Of a stretch of 32,000 bases of DNA, positions 8,477-16,276 are shown in pieces (positions within the stretch are counted from its first letter, which is position 1; each line of letters opens with the position of its first letter). The stretch spans positions 90,001 through 122,000 of the forward strand of contig CAKUIA010000002.1 of the NCBI GenBank assembly GCA_934660865.1, written 5' to 3'. The stretch comes from an uncultured Opitutales bacterium. GTDB taxonomy: Bacteria; Verrucomicrobiota; Verrucomicrobiia; Opitutales; Intestinicryptomonadaceae. The notes under the pieces were generated by a model. It was not told the origin of the DNA and did no database searches. It was given only the letters and a program-made list of their open reading frames with translations. Made by a program: the position numbers and the translations under genes.

Positions 8477-9376
8477 TTACACTTTAAAGGTGTCCTTTAA
8501 TATTTTTATGAAGTTGCCCAAGGGTTTCGACACTTTTCCGTTCTTCCAAACGCCCACATAGCGCACGTCTACATTCAAATCCAAAACGGGCTTTAAAACA
8601 ACGCCCTTGTAGTTGTTCTGCATTCTAAGCAGCTCGGGCACAAACGAAATCAAGTTCGAGTTTGGCAAAGACCTTAATATGGCGTCGAAATTGTATATTT
8701 CCTCCACCACATTCGGCGAAAGTATGCCGACTCTGCGCAGCGCAACGTCTATAATCTGGCAAAAGAAAGGCGACTCTTCGCGCGGCAGCATAACAAACTT
8801 TTCGTTTTTTAAATCGGCAAGCCTTACCGAGCGCGCCTTTGCAAGCCTGTGCGTTTCGGGAACGGCAAGCAAAATCTTTTCGTGCCCTATTTCCACATAC
8901 TGCGTGCCCAAAGAGGCGGGGTTTACAACCCTTATTATGCCGAAATCCAGCACCGAATTTTCCACGCACTCCAAAATGTTCGCCGACGAGTGCTTGCTAA
9001 GCTTTAAAAACACGTTCGGCCACCGGCTGCGCATTTTGTTTAGCGCGTCGAAAAATTTTGCCGAGCTAAAAAACGACGGTATTATGCTTATCGAAAGCGA
9101 GCCGCCGTCGCCCTTTGAGGCCTGCAGGGCCCTGCGCTTTGCGGAATCCACATTCGAGATAATCTGGGTTGCGTCGTCGCAAAAAACGCGGCCTGCCTCG
9201 GTAAGGGTAAGCTTCCATTTGTTGCTGCGGTCGAAAAGCGTGCAACCCATTTCGGCTTCAAGCTGTTTTATTTGCTGGCTTAGCGCCGACTGCGCAATGC
9301 CAAGCTCGTCGGCCGCGCGCGAAAAGTGCAAAGTTTCGGCGGCCTTTAAAAAATACCTTATGTGTCGTAGCTCCAT
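8477..9376 (-). CDS. LysR-family transcriptional regulator
   Basis: MELRHIRYFLKAAETLHFSRAADELGIAQSALSQQIKQLE is a canonical LysR wHTH, followed by a substrate-binding domain. The start is set at ATG 9376. The track's 5' extension to 9463 runs through the upstream gene's terminator hairpin. Confidence 0.9.
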   Translation of the reverse strand: MELRHIRYFLKAAETLHFSRAADELGIAQSALSQQIKQLEAEMGCTLFDRSNKWKLTLTEAGRVFCDDATQIISNVDSAKRRALQASKGDGGSLSISIIPSFFSSAKFFDALNKMRSRWPNVFLKLSKHSSANILECVENSVLDFGIIRVVNPASLGTQYVEIGHEKILLAVPETHRLAKARSVRLADLKNEKFVMLPREESPFFCQIIDVALRRVGILSPNVVEEIYNFDAILRSLPNSNLISFVPELLRMQNNYKGVVLKPVLDLNVDVRYVGVWKNGKVSKPLGNFIKILKDTFKV

Positions 9377-9446
9377 ATAGCCGTTTAGATTACGCAAAAA
9401 CTCTGCAAAATATGGCGGCTGCACGCAAGCCAAAACAAAACGGCAG

Positions 9447-9477
9447 CAAAAAAAGCCTCCCAAAATCAGGGGAGGCC
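9447..9477 (-). terminator. Rho-independent terminator of the 114-aa hypothetical gene
   Basis: Stem gcctccc (9455-9461) / gggaggc (9470-9476). On the minus strand it is followed by T7 (plus-strand A-run 9448-9454). Confidence 0.5.
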
Positions 9478-9525
9478 GAAACTAACACATATAAACCATA
9501 AAAAATTTTTTGCAAAAAACGGGCA

Positions 9526-9870
9526 TTAAAGCTCGTCGCGCTTTTCGGCTATAAGCGTGTGCGCAGTGTCGCACAAAACCAGATTGCCGTTGCCGTCGAA
9601 CTTAATTGGGGCGCTAAAGTCGCTTTCGTCCGACAGGGGGTGTACAATTTCCACATTGTTCCACGGCACAATGCGCTCGGTAATTGCGCCCGAAAAAATC
9701 TGGTTTTTCATGCCGTCTACAATTCTGCCAAAGTGGAATGTTTTGCCCATAATTGCTATGTAGTTTTGGTTTTCCTCCAACACGCGGCCAACTATTATGT
9801 GCGTGTGCGCGCCCTGATAGCTTTTTTTGCAGCGCAGCTTAACCATTTTCGATTTTAGATATTCTTGCAT
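9526..9870 (-). CDS. Hypothetical protein (114 aa), no family recognised
   Basis: The coding-like part starts at ATG 9870 (MQEYLKSKMVKLRCKK...); ATG 9846 is an alternative. The track's extension to 10077 translates AT-rich intergenic DNA. The gene has its own terminator. Confidence 0.5.
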   Translation of the reverse strand: MQEYLKSKMVKLRCKKSYQGAHTHIIVGRVLEENQNYIAIMGKTFHFGRIVDGMKNQIFSGAITERIVPWNNVEIVHPLSDESDFSAPIKFDGNGNLVLCDTAHTLIAEKRDEL

Positions 9871-10126
9871 ATTTGTCTTTCTATTATCCGCACAATAGTA
9901 AACTGCTTTTGTTAGAGTTTTATTAGCCAAAAGATAGCTTTTTGTTAGTTTTAAGAATGCGCGCATAAAAAATATTTCCACAAAAACGTAGGCGCCTACA
10001 ATTTTGGCAAATGTGCACACAAATTTGTTGCACACAACACTATTGTTTGCGCCGTAAAAAAGCCCTTTTGCCAACAAATCAACATATCAGGCTAATATGC
10101 AGCAAATTACATATACTGCAAAAAAT

Positions 10127-10142
10127 TGGCACGCATTATGCT
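10127..10142 (+). promoter_or_regulatory. Candidate sigma-54 (-24/-12) promoter upstream of the porin gene
   Basis: TGGCACgcattaTGCT has GG and GC separated exactly as in the consensus TGGCAC-N5-TTGC. It lies about 67 nt upstream of ATG 10209. Confidence 0.3.
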
Positions 10143-10208
10143 ACAAAACAAAAATATCGACAAAGATTTTCCTTTGCCGGCAAAAAAAACTAACAGATAA
10201 AAAACAAA

Positions 10209-11045
10209 ATGAATATAAAAAACGCGTTTACTGCCGCCTTGATATGCGGCGCATTATCCACCGCTTTTGCCGATGATGCGGCGAAAGCCACGCCGACGAC
10301 CACGGCAGCCGAGAGCATTAGCGCCCTTGCAGGCAACGAGACCGTAAAAGACATGGTCGAAAAACTTTCGGCATCGGCTATGGTCGGCTACGAATCTGAA
10401 TTTATATTCAGGGGCAAACAGCTTGCAGGCCATGTAATTTCGCCCGAAGTAGACTTAAGCTACGACATAGGCGCGGGCTTTGGCGCGTATGTAGGTTGGT
10501 GGGGCTGCTATACGGCCGACAATTCAAACTACTCGGGCAACTACGAAGAAAACGACATCTATTGCGGAATTACCTATTCTATAGAAAACTTTACGATAGA
10601 TTTCGGATACACCGCCTACACCTATCCCATTGAAGGCTGGCAAAACGAGCACGAGCTAAAGCTCGCATTAAGCTACGACACTTCCGAGCTTTTGGGCGAC
10701 TTTGCAATTTGCCCGTATGTTGCAGGCTACTACAACTTTACGTATTCTGGCACTACAATAGAGGCCGGTTTGAGCTATTCGGCTCCCATAACCAAATGGC
10801 TTATAGGCGAAGAATGGGGCACGCTTGATATTGCCTGCTTTGGCGGCTATGCCGACTATAAGACAGGCGGTCTTGCCGACGACTGCGGCTACGGCTATGC
10901 GGGCGCAAAAATAGACGCCGTTGTAAAAATTACCGACTTTTGGGCGCTTTCGGCGGGCATAAGATACGCCGCAAACAGCGACGGCAAAGGCGAAGGCAAA
11001 GACAGCCTCCTTTGGTACGGCGTTTCGACGACTTTCGGATTTTAA
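10209..11045 (+). CDS. Outer-membrane beta-barrel protein, TorF/Gcw_chp-family putative porin
   Basis: Signal peptide MNIKNAFTAALICGALSTAFA|DD. It has alternating aromatic/Gly beta-strand patterns and the block YESEFIFRGKQLAGHVISPEVDLSY...GAYVGWWG, typical of Gcw_chp. It ends in ...TTFGF, a C-terminal Phe OMP signature. Confidence 0.65.
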   Translation: MNIKNAFTAALICGALSTAFADDAAKATPTTTAAESISALAGNETVKDMVEKLSASAMVGYESEFIFRGKQLAGHVISPEVDLSYDIGAGFGAYVGWWGCYTADNSNYSGNYEENDIYCGITYSIENFTIDFGYTAYTYPIEGWQNEHELKLALSYDTSELLGDFAICPYVAGYYNFTYSGTTIEAGLSYSAPITKWLIGEEWGTLDIACFGGYADYKTGGLADDCGYGYAGAKIDAVVKITDFWALSAGIRYAANSDGKGEGKDSLLWYGVSTTFGF

Positions 11046-11082
11046 CAATCGCACATCGTAGTCTGATAAAATCAAAGTATGG

Positions 11083-11125
11083 TAAAAAAAAGACCGCCCT
11101 CTTTTACGGGGGGCGGTCTCCTTAT
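11083..11125. terminator. Bidirectional rho-independent terminator between the porin and Cys-rich genes
   Basis: 9-bp GC-rich stem agaccgccc (11091-11099) / gggcggtct (11111-11119), with an A8 run upstream and a T-rich tail downstream. Confidence 0.65.
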
Positions 11126-11145
11126 TTTGAATGTGTTAAATCACA

Positions 11146-11476
11146 CTACTTTGCGCACTGTTTTTGTGCGGAGCATGCCTTTTGGCAGTCGGCGGGCTTT
11201 GCGCAATTTGCAGCCTTTTGGCATTTTGTTGCGCAAGTGTCCATATTGCAGCCGCATTTGCAACCCTTTACGCAGGGATTGCACGCGCACTTTTCGGCGC
11301 ACTGCTTTTGCATGTCGCAGCCGCATTTGCAGTCTTTAACGCAGGGGTTGCACTGGCACTTTGCCGCCTTTTGCACATTCGTTAGTTTTGCAAACGCTAG
11401 AACATGCGCTTGCAAAAACGGATACAACCGCAACAACAGTAAGTGTTGCCAACTTTTTAAACATTTTTGCTTTCAT
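11146..11476 (-). CDS. Metallothionein-like Cys/Lys-rich putative lipoprotein; the reading frame is interrupted (+1) between signal peptide and Cys-rich body
   Basis: ATG 11476 opens a 46-codon frame, MKAKMFKKLATLTVVAVVSVFASAC SSVCKTNECAKGGKVPVQPLR*, with its stop at 11336-11338. The Cys-rich body (track ORF 11146..11436) is in the +1 frame and has no ATG or signal peptide of its own. It reads ...KCQCNPCVKDCKCGCDMQKQCAEKCACNPCVKGCKCGCNMDTCATKC.... Dropping one base near ggcggcaaagtg (11357-11368) fuses them into a 109-aa product. Confidence 0.5.
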
Positions 11477-11549
11477 AATAAAAATTAGATGTGTCTAACA
11501 ATAGAACCCCCCTTTGCGCTTTTTCAAGCAAAATCTATATAAAAAAACG

Positions 11550-12758
11550 CTAAAATCTCTCGAATTTTCTGCCGTAGTCTATGCGCTCGGGCATAAACAT
11601 TTTGTTGTAGGTTTCCATAAAATAGTCGTCGGTCATTGCCGAAATAAAGTCGGCGGCAATGCGCTCGGGAGAATTTTCGTTTAAATACGCCTCGCTAGAC
11701 TGGCTTATAAAGGCCGCAAATATTGCCGACTTGGCATTCCTTTCCTTTATGTCTTTTACAAACTTTTTAAACATTGCTTTCAGCATTGGAATAAACCTTG
11801 AAACCTGCGCCGTTATAAGCGGGTGGTAGTATATGTTTTCCACGCTGAACTTTTTTAGCTGCAACACCGCCGAATATACCCTGTCGGAAAACCTTATGGC
11901 CTTGCCGTCGTAGCTGTTGTTCATAACGTCTATGCAAAGCGAATTTACTATGTCGGAATTTTGAGCGCCCAAAACTAAAACCGCGTTTTGCGGCAGCTGC
12001 TCGCGCTTTATAAGCCCAAGCCTTATTGCGTCGTCTATGTCGCGCCCCAAATAGGCTATTGTGTCGGAAACCCTTACTATGCAGCCCTCCAATGTAGACG
12101 GGAAAACCGATTTTTCGTAGCCGACTTTGCGCGGGAGCGTAAGGCACTTTTCGGTGTCGTAGTCCAGCCTTTCAAAGTCCAAATTCTTGGGGTTGAATTT
12201 TATTTGGTTGCTTAAAGTTTCGCCGTTGTGCCCCAAAATGCCGTCTAAAACCTCCAAAGTTAAGTTAAGGCCCTTTCGGCGTTTTTCTATTTTGTCGAAC
12301 ACCCTTACAGACTGCGCGCTGTGCAGAAAACTTCCCTTTTTGCACTCCTCCATACAGGCGGCCAACGCGCTTTCGCCCGGGTGGCCGAAGGGGGTGTGCC
12401 CTATATCGTGGGCAAGGGAAATCGCCTCGGTTAAATCTTCGTTGGCGTTCAAAAATCTGGCTATTGTTCTGGCGATTTTCGACACAAGCTGGACATGCAA
12501 AGCCCTTCTGGTTATGTGGTCGTTGCCTACCTGAAAAAACACCTGCGTTTTGCCCAAATAGCGCGAATAGGCCATGGAATGTATAATGCGGTCGGCGTCG
12601 TGGGCAAATGCCATTCTAAGGTTTTTCGCGTCCGAAATTCTTTCGGGGCGGCGCCTTATGGCCTGCGCCGACTTTCTGGCGTTTGCCCTAAGCCCGTTCT
12701 CGCGCTCGATATTGCGCGAAATTATTTCGTTTGTAAATTTTGTGTTCGGTTTTGCCAT
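11550..12758 (-). CDS. dgt: Deoxyguanosinetriphosphate triphosphohydrolase-like HD-domain protein
   Basis: 402 aa. DADRIIHSMAYSRYLGKTQVF...TRRALHVQLVSKIARTIAR...LAHDIGHTPFGHPGE matches the dGTPase/Dgt-like family layout. Confidence 0.85.
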   Translation of the reverse strand: MAKPNTKFTNEIISRNIERENGLRANARKSAQAIRRRPERISDAKNLRMAFAHDADRIIHSMAYSRYLGKTQVFFQVGNDHITRRALHVQLVSKIARTIARFLNANEDLTEAISLAHDIGHTPFGHPGESALAACMEECKKGSFLHSAQSVRVFDKIEKRRKGLNLTLEVLDGILGHNGETLSNQIKFNPKNLDFERLDYDTEKCLTLPRKVGYEKSVFPSTLEGCIVRVSDTIAYLGRDIDDAIRLGLIKREQLPQNAVLVLGAQNSDIVNSLCIDVMNNSYDGKAIRFSDRVYSAVLQLKKFSVENIYYHPLITAQVSRFIPMLKAMFKKFVKDIKERNAKSAIFAAFISQSSEAYLNENSPERIAADFISAMTDDYFMETYNKMFMPERIDYGRKFERF

Positions 12759-12948
12759 AGCTTTAAACCATAAAAATAAAGCGGGACGGCCAAATCAATT
12801 ATAAATTTTGCGCCGCCGTATTTTTGCGCCCGATACGGGGCAAAATGCAGCAAAAATTTTTATGCGATTTTTTTGAAACACGGGCAAAAAATCCTTGTTT
12901 AACCATTTGTTTAAAAAACAGGATAACAATTCTAACAAAGGAATAATT

Positions 12949-13578
12949 ATGAAGGGGAAACTATTAAAGATATTTATTGCAGGCTTGTCGGTTTTGCCGC
13001 TTCTGGCATTTGCCCAGCCGAGACCGCCCGCCCCGCAACCAAAGCCGCCAAGGCCCCCCGCCCACAGGCCGGCTCCGCCACCGCCGCCGCCCAGATTCCA
13101 TCCTGCCGGGCCGCCGCACGGCGGGTGGTTTGCCGTAGGCGGGATTTCGTATATGTTCGGTTCGGCAATAAGAGCCTACGAAAGGCCTTCTACAACAATA
13201 GTATATACGCAAAGCACCCCGCAAACTGTTGTATATACGCAGCCTGCACCTAAAACTATCATAATACAGCAGCCCGCGCAAGACACCGTAAGCCGCGCCT
13301 CCCTAAAGGCCGATATTGCGGGCCTTTTAAACGAGCAGCTTAAGGGCGTTCCGTGCGCGGTAGAAGTAGACGACTTCTACCTTTCGTCGGGCAACTACGG
13401 GGCAACCATTACAGCCACCTGCACGCTAAACGGCACCAACTATTCCATAACCGCAAGCGCGCTGCAATCGGGCTACGACAACCTTAAAAACAAAATCGTC
13501 GGCGACATCGTTTCGGCAATAAACAGGGCAAATTCGAACTCACAAGGCGAAAGCGTAAAAATCAGGCAAATCCCGTAG
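12949..13578 (+). CDS. Secreted proline-rich protein with a short VYTQ repeat and a two-Cys C-terminal domain (hypothetical)
   Basis: ATG 12949 is preceded by AAGGA; the track's TTG at 12895 is unlikely. The signal peptide is MKGKLLKIFIAGLSVLPLLAFA|QPRPP. About 45 aa of Pro-rich linker follow, then TTIVYTQSTPQTVVYTQPAPKTIIIQQPAQ. Confidence 0.6.
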   Translation: MKGKLLKIFIAGLSVLPLLAFAQPRPPAPQPKPPRPPAHRPAPPPPPPRFHPAGPPHGGWFAVGGISYMFGSAIRAYERPSTTIVYTQSTPQTVVYTQPAPKTIIIQQPAQDTVSRASLKADIAGLLNEQLKGVPCAVEVDDFYLSSGNYGATITATCTLNGTNYSITASALQSGYDNLKNKIVGDIVSAINRANSNSQGESVKIRQIP

Positions 13579-13599
13579 GCAAAAAACAAAGTCCATTAC

Positions 13600-13631
13600 G
13601 CGCATTGGCAAACCCGCCCGTGCGCTTTTTT
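13600..13631 (+). terminator. Possible rho-independent terminator after the Pro-rich protein gene
   Basis: Imperfect stem gcgcattggc / gcccgtgcgc (13600-13625) followed by T6 (13626-13631). Confidence 0.4.
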
Positions 13632-13689
13632 GGTGCTTGTACTTTTTGCTTTTTCGCTCTAAATTGGCCTGCAATATTTACATACTATT

Positions 13690-15081
13690 ATGATGAACTG
13701 GAAAAAATCTACAGCCTTGTGCGCAATGTTTTTTGCGTGTATCTGCTCTTTTGCCGCGGCAAGGGAGCTTAACCGAGTAAAATACGTCTTCCTATTCATA
13801 GGCGACGGAATGTCCATTCCGCAACGAATGATGACCGACGAATTTTTGCACATGAACAACATGGAGGGCTTGGCGATAAACAAGCTGCCCAACAACGCCA
13901 TTACGTATACGCGCGCGGCAAACTCGTTTATTACCGACTCGGCCGCAAGCGGAACGGCCATTGCCTGCGGCGAAAAGGCCAACAACGGGGCTTTGGGCAT
14001 AAACGCCGAGGGCAAAAGGCTGCAGTCTATCGCCGAAGTTGCAAAGGCAAACGGCAGAAAAGTAGGCATAATAACAAGCGTTACAATCAACCACGCAACG
14101 CCCGCCGCCTTTTACGCGCACAACGACAGCCGCTCGAACTACTACAAAATTGCGCTTGATATGATAAACAGCAACTTCGACTTTTTCGGCGGCGGCGGAA
14201 TAGGCGACGCCGACAAAAAGGAGGCCAGCCACTATAACGACGACGCCTACAAGCTTGCCGAACAAAAGGGCTACAGCGTATATTTCGGCAAAGACGCCCT
14301 TAAAAACGTAAAAAAAGGCTGCGGCAAAACAATGGCTTTTGCCGAAAAGGGAGCTTTGCACTACGCAATAGACGACCCAAGCGGTCCGAGAATTGCCGAC
14401 TTTACCGAAAAGGCGATAGAAATTTTAGACAACCCCAAGGGCTTTTTTGTAATGGTAGAAGGCGGCAAGATAGACTGGATGTGCCACGCAAACGACGCGG
14501 CAACGGTAATAAAAGAGGTGCTTGACTTCGACAAAGCCGTTAAAGTTGCGCTGCAGTTCCAAAAAAAGCACCCCGACGAAACCCTTATTGTAGTTACCGG
14601 CGACCACGAAACGGGCGGCCTTACCCTCGGCTTTGCGGGCACGGGCTACAAGTCGTACATAAACCTTTTGCAGTGCCAGAAAAACTCGCGCGACTTTGTC
14701 GTAAAAGCCGTAAAAAAGCACATGCAAAACCCCTCTCTTGGCTTCGACGACCTAAAGGCGGACATTTCAAAATTCTTCTCGTTTAAATTCGAGGGCGACT
14801 TTAAAAAAGACCGCACCGTTTTAACGAAAGACGAAATTGCAAGGCTAAAAGCCAGCTTCGACAAAAACCTTAAGGGGCAAAAGCCCGACACGAAAAGGGC
14901 CGAAAACTTTACAAATACGCTTATAACCGTTTTGGACAACAAGGCGGCCGTTGCATGGACTTCGAACGCGCACACGGCGCTGCCCGTAAGCACGACCGCA
15001 ATAGGCGCGCAAAGCGAAGCCTTTAACGGCACCATAGACAATACCGACATAGCAAAAATGCTAAAGCAGGCGGTAAAATAG
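13690..15081 (+). CDS. Alkaline phosphatase (PhoA family), secreted
   Basis: 463 aa with an N-terminal signal peptide. It carries FIGDGMS, the catalytic-Ser block ITDSAASGTAIACGEK, GGKIDWMCHAND and GDHETGG, the classic AP metal and active-site motifs. Confidence 0.9.
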   Translation: MMNWKKSTALCAMFFACICSFAAARELNRVKYVFLFIGDGMSIPQRMMTDEFLHMNNMEGLAINKLPNNAITYTRAANSFITDSAASGTAIACGEKANNGALGINAEGKRLQSIAEVAKANGRKVGIITSVTINHATPAAFYAHNDSRSNYYKIALDMINSNFDFFGGGGIGDADKKEASHYNDDAYKLAEQKGYSVYFGKDALKNVKKGCGKTMAFAEKGALHYAIDDPSGPRIADFTEKAIEILDNPKGFFVMVEGGKIDWMCHANDAATVIKEVLDFDKAVKVALQFQKKHPDETLIVVTGDHETGGLTLGFAGTGYKSYINLLQCQKNSRDFVVKAVKKHMQNPSLGFDDLKADISKFFSFKFEGDFKKDRTVLTKDEIARLKASFDKNLKGQKPDTKRAENFTNTLITVLDNKAAVAWTSNAHTALPVSTTAIGAQSEAFNGTIDNTDIAKMLKQAVK

Positions 15082-15084
15082 CCC

Positions 15085-16212
15085 ATGCAAAACAGGCGCG
15101 ATTTGTTTGTTAAAGACCTTATAACGGTTCTTGTCTTTGCCCTGGTATGCGGGGCGGCCCTATTCATAAAGCCCTACAACGAAGTGGGGCTTTGCGAAGG
15201 CAGCAAGGAAAAGGCCGTGGTTTTGCAGGTCGACAATTCAAACGTATTTACCGCAGGCATTGTAAAGCGCGGCGAGCAGTCGCTTAAAATAAAAATCCTG
15301 AGCGGCAAACACTCCGGGCAGGTGTTTAACGGCGCAAACATATTAAGGGCACAAATGGATTTGGACAAGATGTTCAACGTAGGCGATACCGTTTTGGCGG
15401 CCGTGCCCGAAAACGCCTCGCCCGAAAAGGATACAATAAACGCACAGGATTTTTACCGGACAAACCAAATGGCGGTGCTGTTCGGGCTTTTTGCGCTTTT
15501 GCTGCTTGCCTTTGCCGGAATGACGGGGCTTAAAGCCCTGGTTTCCTTCGTATTTTCGTGCGTGGTGGTATGGAAAATAGTAATACCGCTTTGTCTTGAC
15601 GGGGCAAACCCCATATGGGTTTGCATGGCGGCGGTTTTCATACTTTCGGCGGCGATAATATTTTTGGTTGCGGGCTTTACCAGAAAGGGAACTACGTCTT
15701 TTTTGGGGACAATGCTGGGCGTTTTTGCAAGCTGCATTACCGCCTATTTTTTCTCGAAACTATTCAGGATAAACGGGGCGGTTATGCCCTACTCGCAGGC
15801 GCTGCTGTATTCGGGCTTCGAAGACCTTAACTTGGCCGACATATTCATAGGCGCCATATTTTTGTCGTCGTCGGGGGCGGTTATGGACTTAAGCACCGAT
15901 GTTGCCGCGGGCATGCACGAGCTAGTAAGGCGAAACCCGCAAATAGGCAGGGCAAAACTTTTGGCTTCGGGGCTAAACATCGGCAGGCTTGTTGTGGGAA
16001 CAATGTCTACAACCTTGCTGCTTGCCTATTCGGGAGGCTATATCACCCTTATGATGACATTTGCGGCCCAGGGCGTTTCGCCCGTAGACTTTCTAAACAA
16101 CCCCTATGTTGCAAGCGAGGCGGTAAAAACTTTGGTCGGCTCTTTCGGGCTTGTTTTGGTTGCGCCCTTTACCGCGCTGGCGGGGGCTTTCATTTTAAAA
16201 CCCAAGCTTTAG
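15085..16212 (+). CDS. YibE/F-family integral membrane protein
   Basis: 375 aa. It has an N-terminal TM helix, a ~100-aa extracytoplasmic segment (LKIKILSGKHSGQVFNGAN...) and then about 6 TM helices, the architecture I recall for YibE/F. It starts 3 nt after the phosphatase stop. Confidence 0.6.
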   Translation: MQNRRDLFVKDLITVLVFALVCGAALFIKPYNEVGLCEGSKEKAVVLQVDNSNVFTAGIVKRGEQSLKIKILSGKHSGQVFNGANILRAQMDLDKMFNVGDTVLAAVPENASPEKDTINAQDFYRTNQMAVLFGLFALLLLAFAGMTGLKALVSFVFSCVVVWKIVIPLCLDGANPIWVCMAAVFILSAAIIFLVAGFTRKGTTSFLGTMLGVFASCITAYFFSKLFRINGAVMPYSQALLYSGFEDLNLADIFIGAIFLSSSGAVMDLSTDVAAGMHELVRRNPQIGRAKLLASGLNIGRLVVGTMSTTLLLAYSGGYITLMMTFAAQGVSPVDFLNNPYVASEAVKTLVGSFGLVLVAPFTALAGAFILKPKL

Positions 16213-16276
16213 CCCTTGACGAACACCCGAAAATAGGAAAATCTTTAACAAATCGCTACAAGCTTAACCAACTACC

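Noticed and set aside
9377-9463. The N-terminal extension of the LysR ORF (MGGFFCCRFVLACVQ...).
   Set aside because: The LysR wHTH begins right at MELRHIRYF (ATG 9376). The extension runs through the terminator hairpin (9455-9476) of the upstream gene.
10940-11488. A 182-aa plus-strand ORF with His/Phe/Cys-rich repeats.
   Set aside because: It is the antisense image of the tandem-repeated Cys-rich gene. It also overlaps the 3' end of the porin gene and crosses the bidirectional terminator.
11550-12758. Whether the dGTPase-like HD hydrolase is an anti-phage dNTP-depletion defence gene.
   Set aside because: No neighbouring defence, mobile or integrase genes are present. The protein looks like the widespread housekeeping Dgt-like type-2 family. 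Nothing in the sequence distinguishes it as a defence variant.
12895-12948. The TTG-initiated extension of the Pro-rich protein ORF (MFNHLFKKQDNNSNKGII).
   Set aside because: ATG 12949 has an AAGGA ribosome-binding site and starts directly with a signal peptide. The extension is AT-rich leader sequence.
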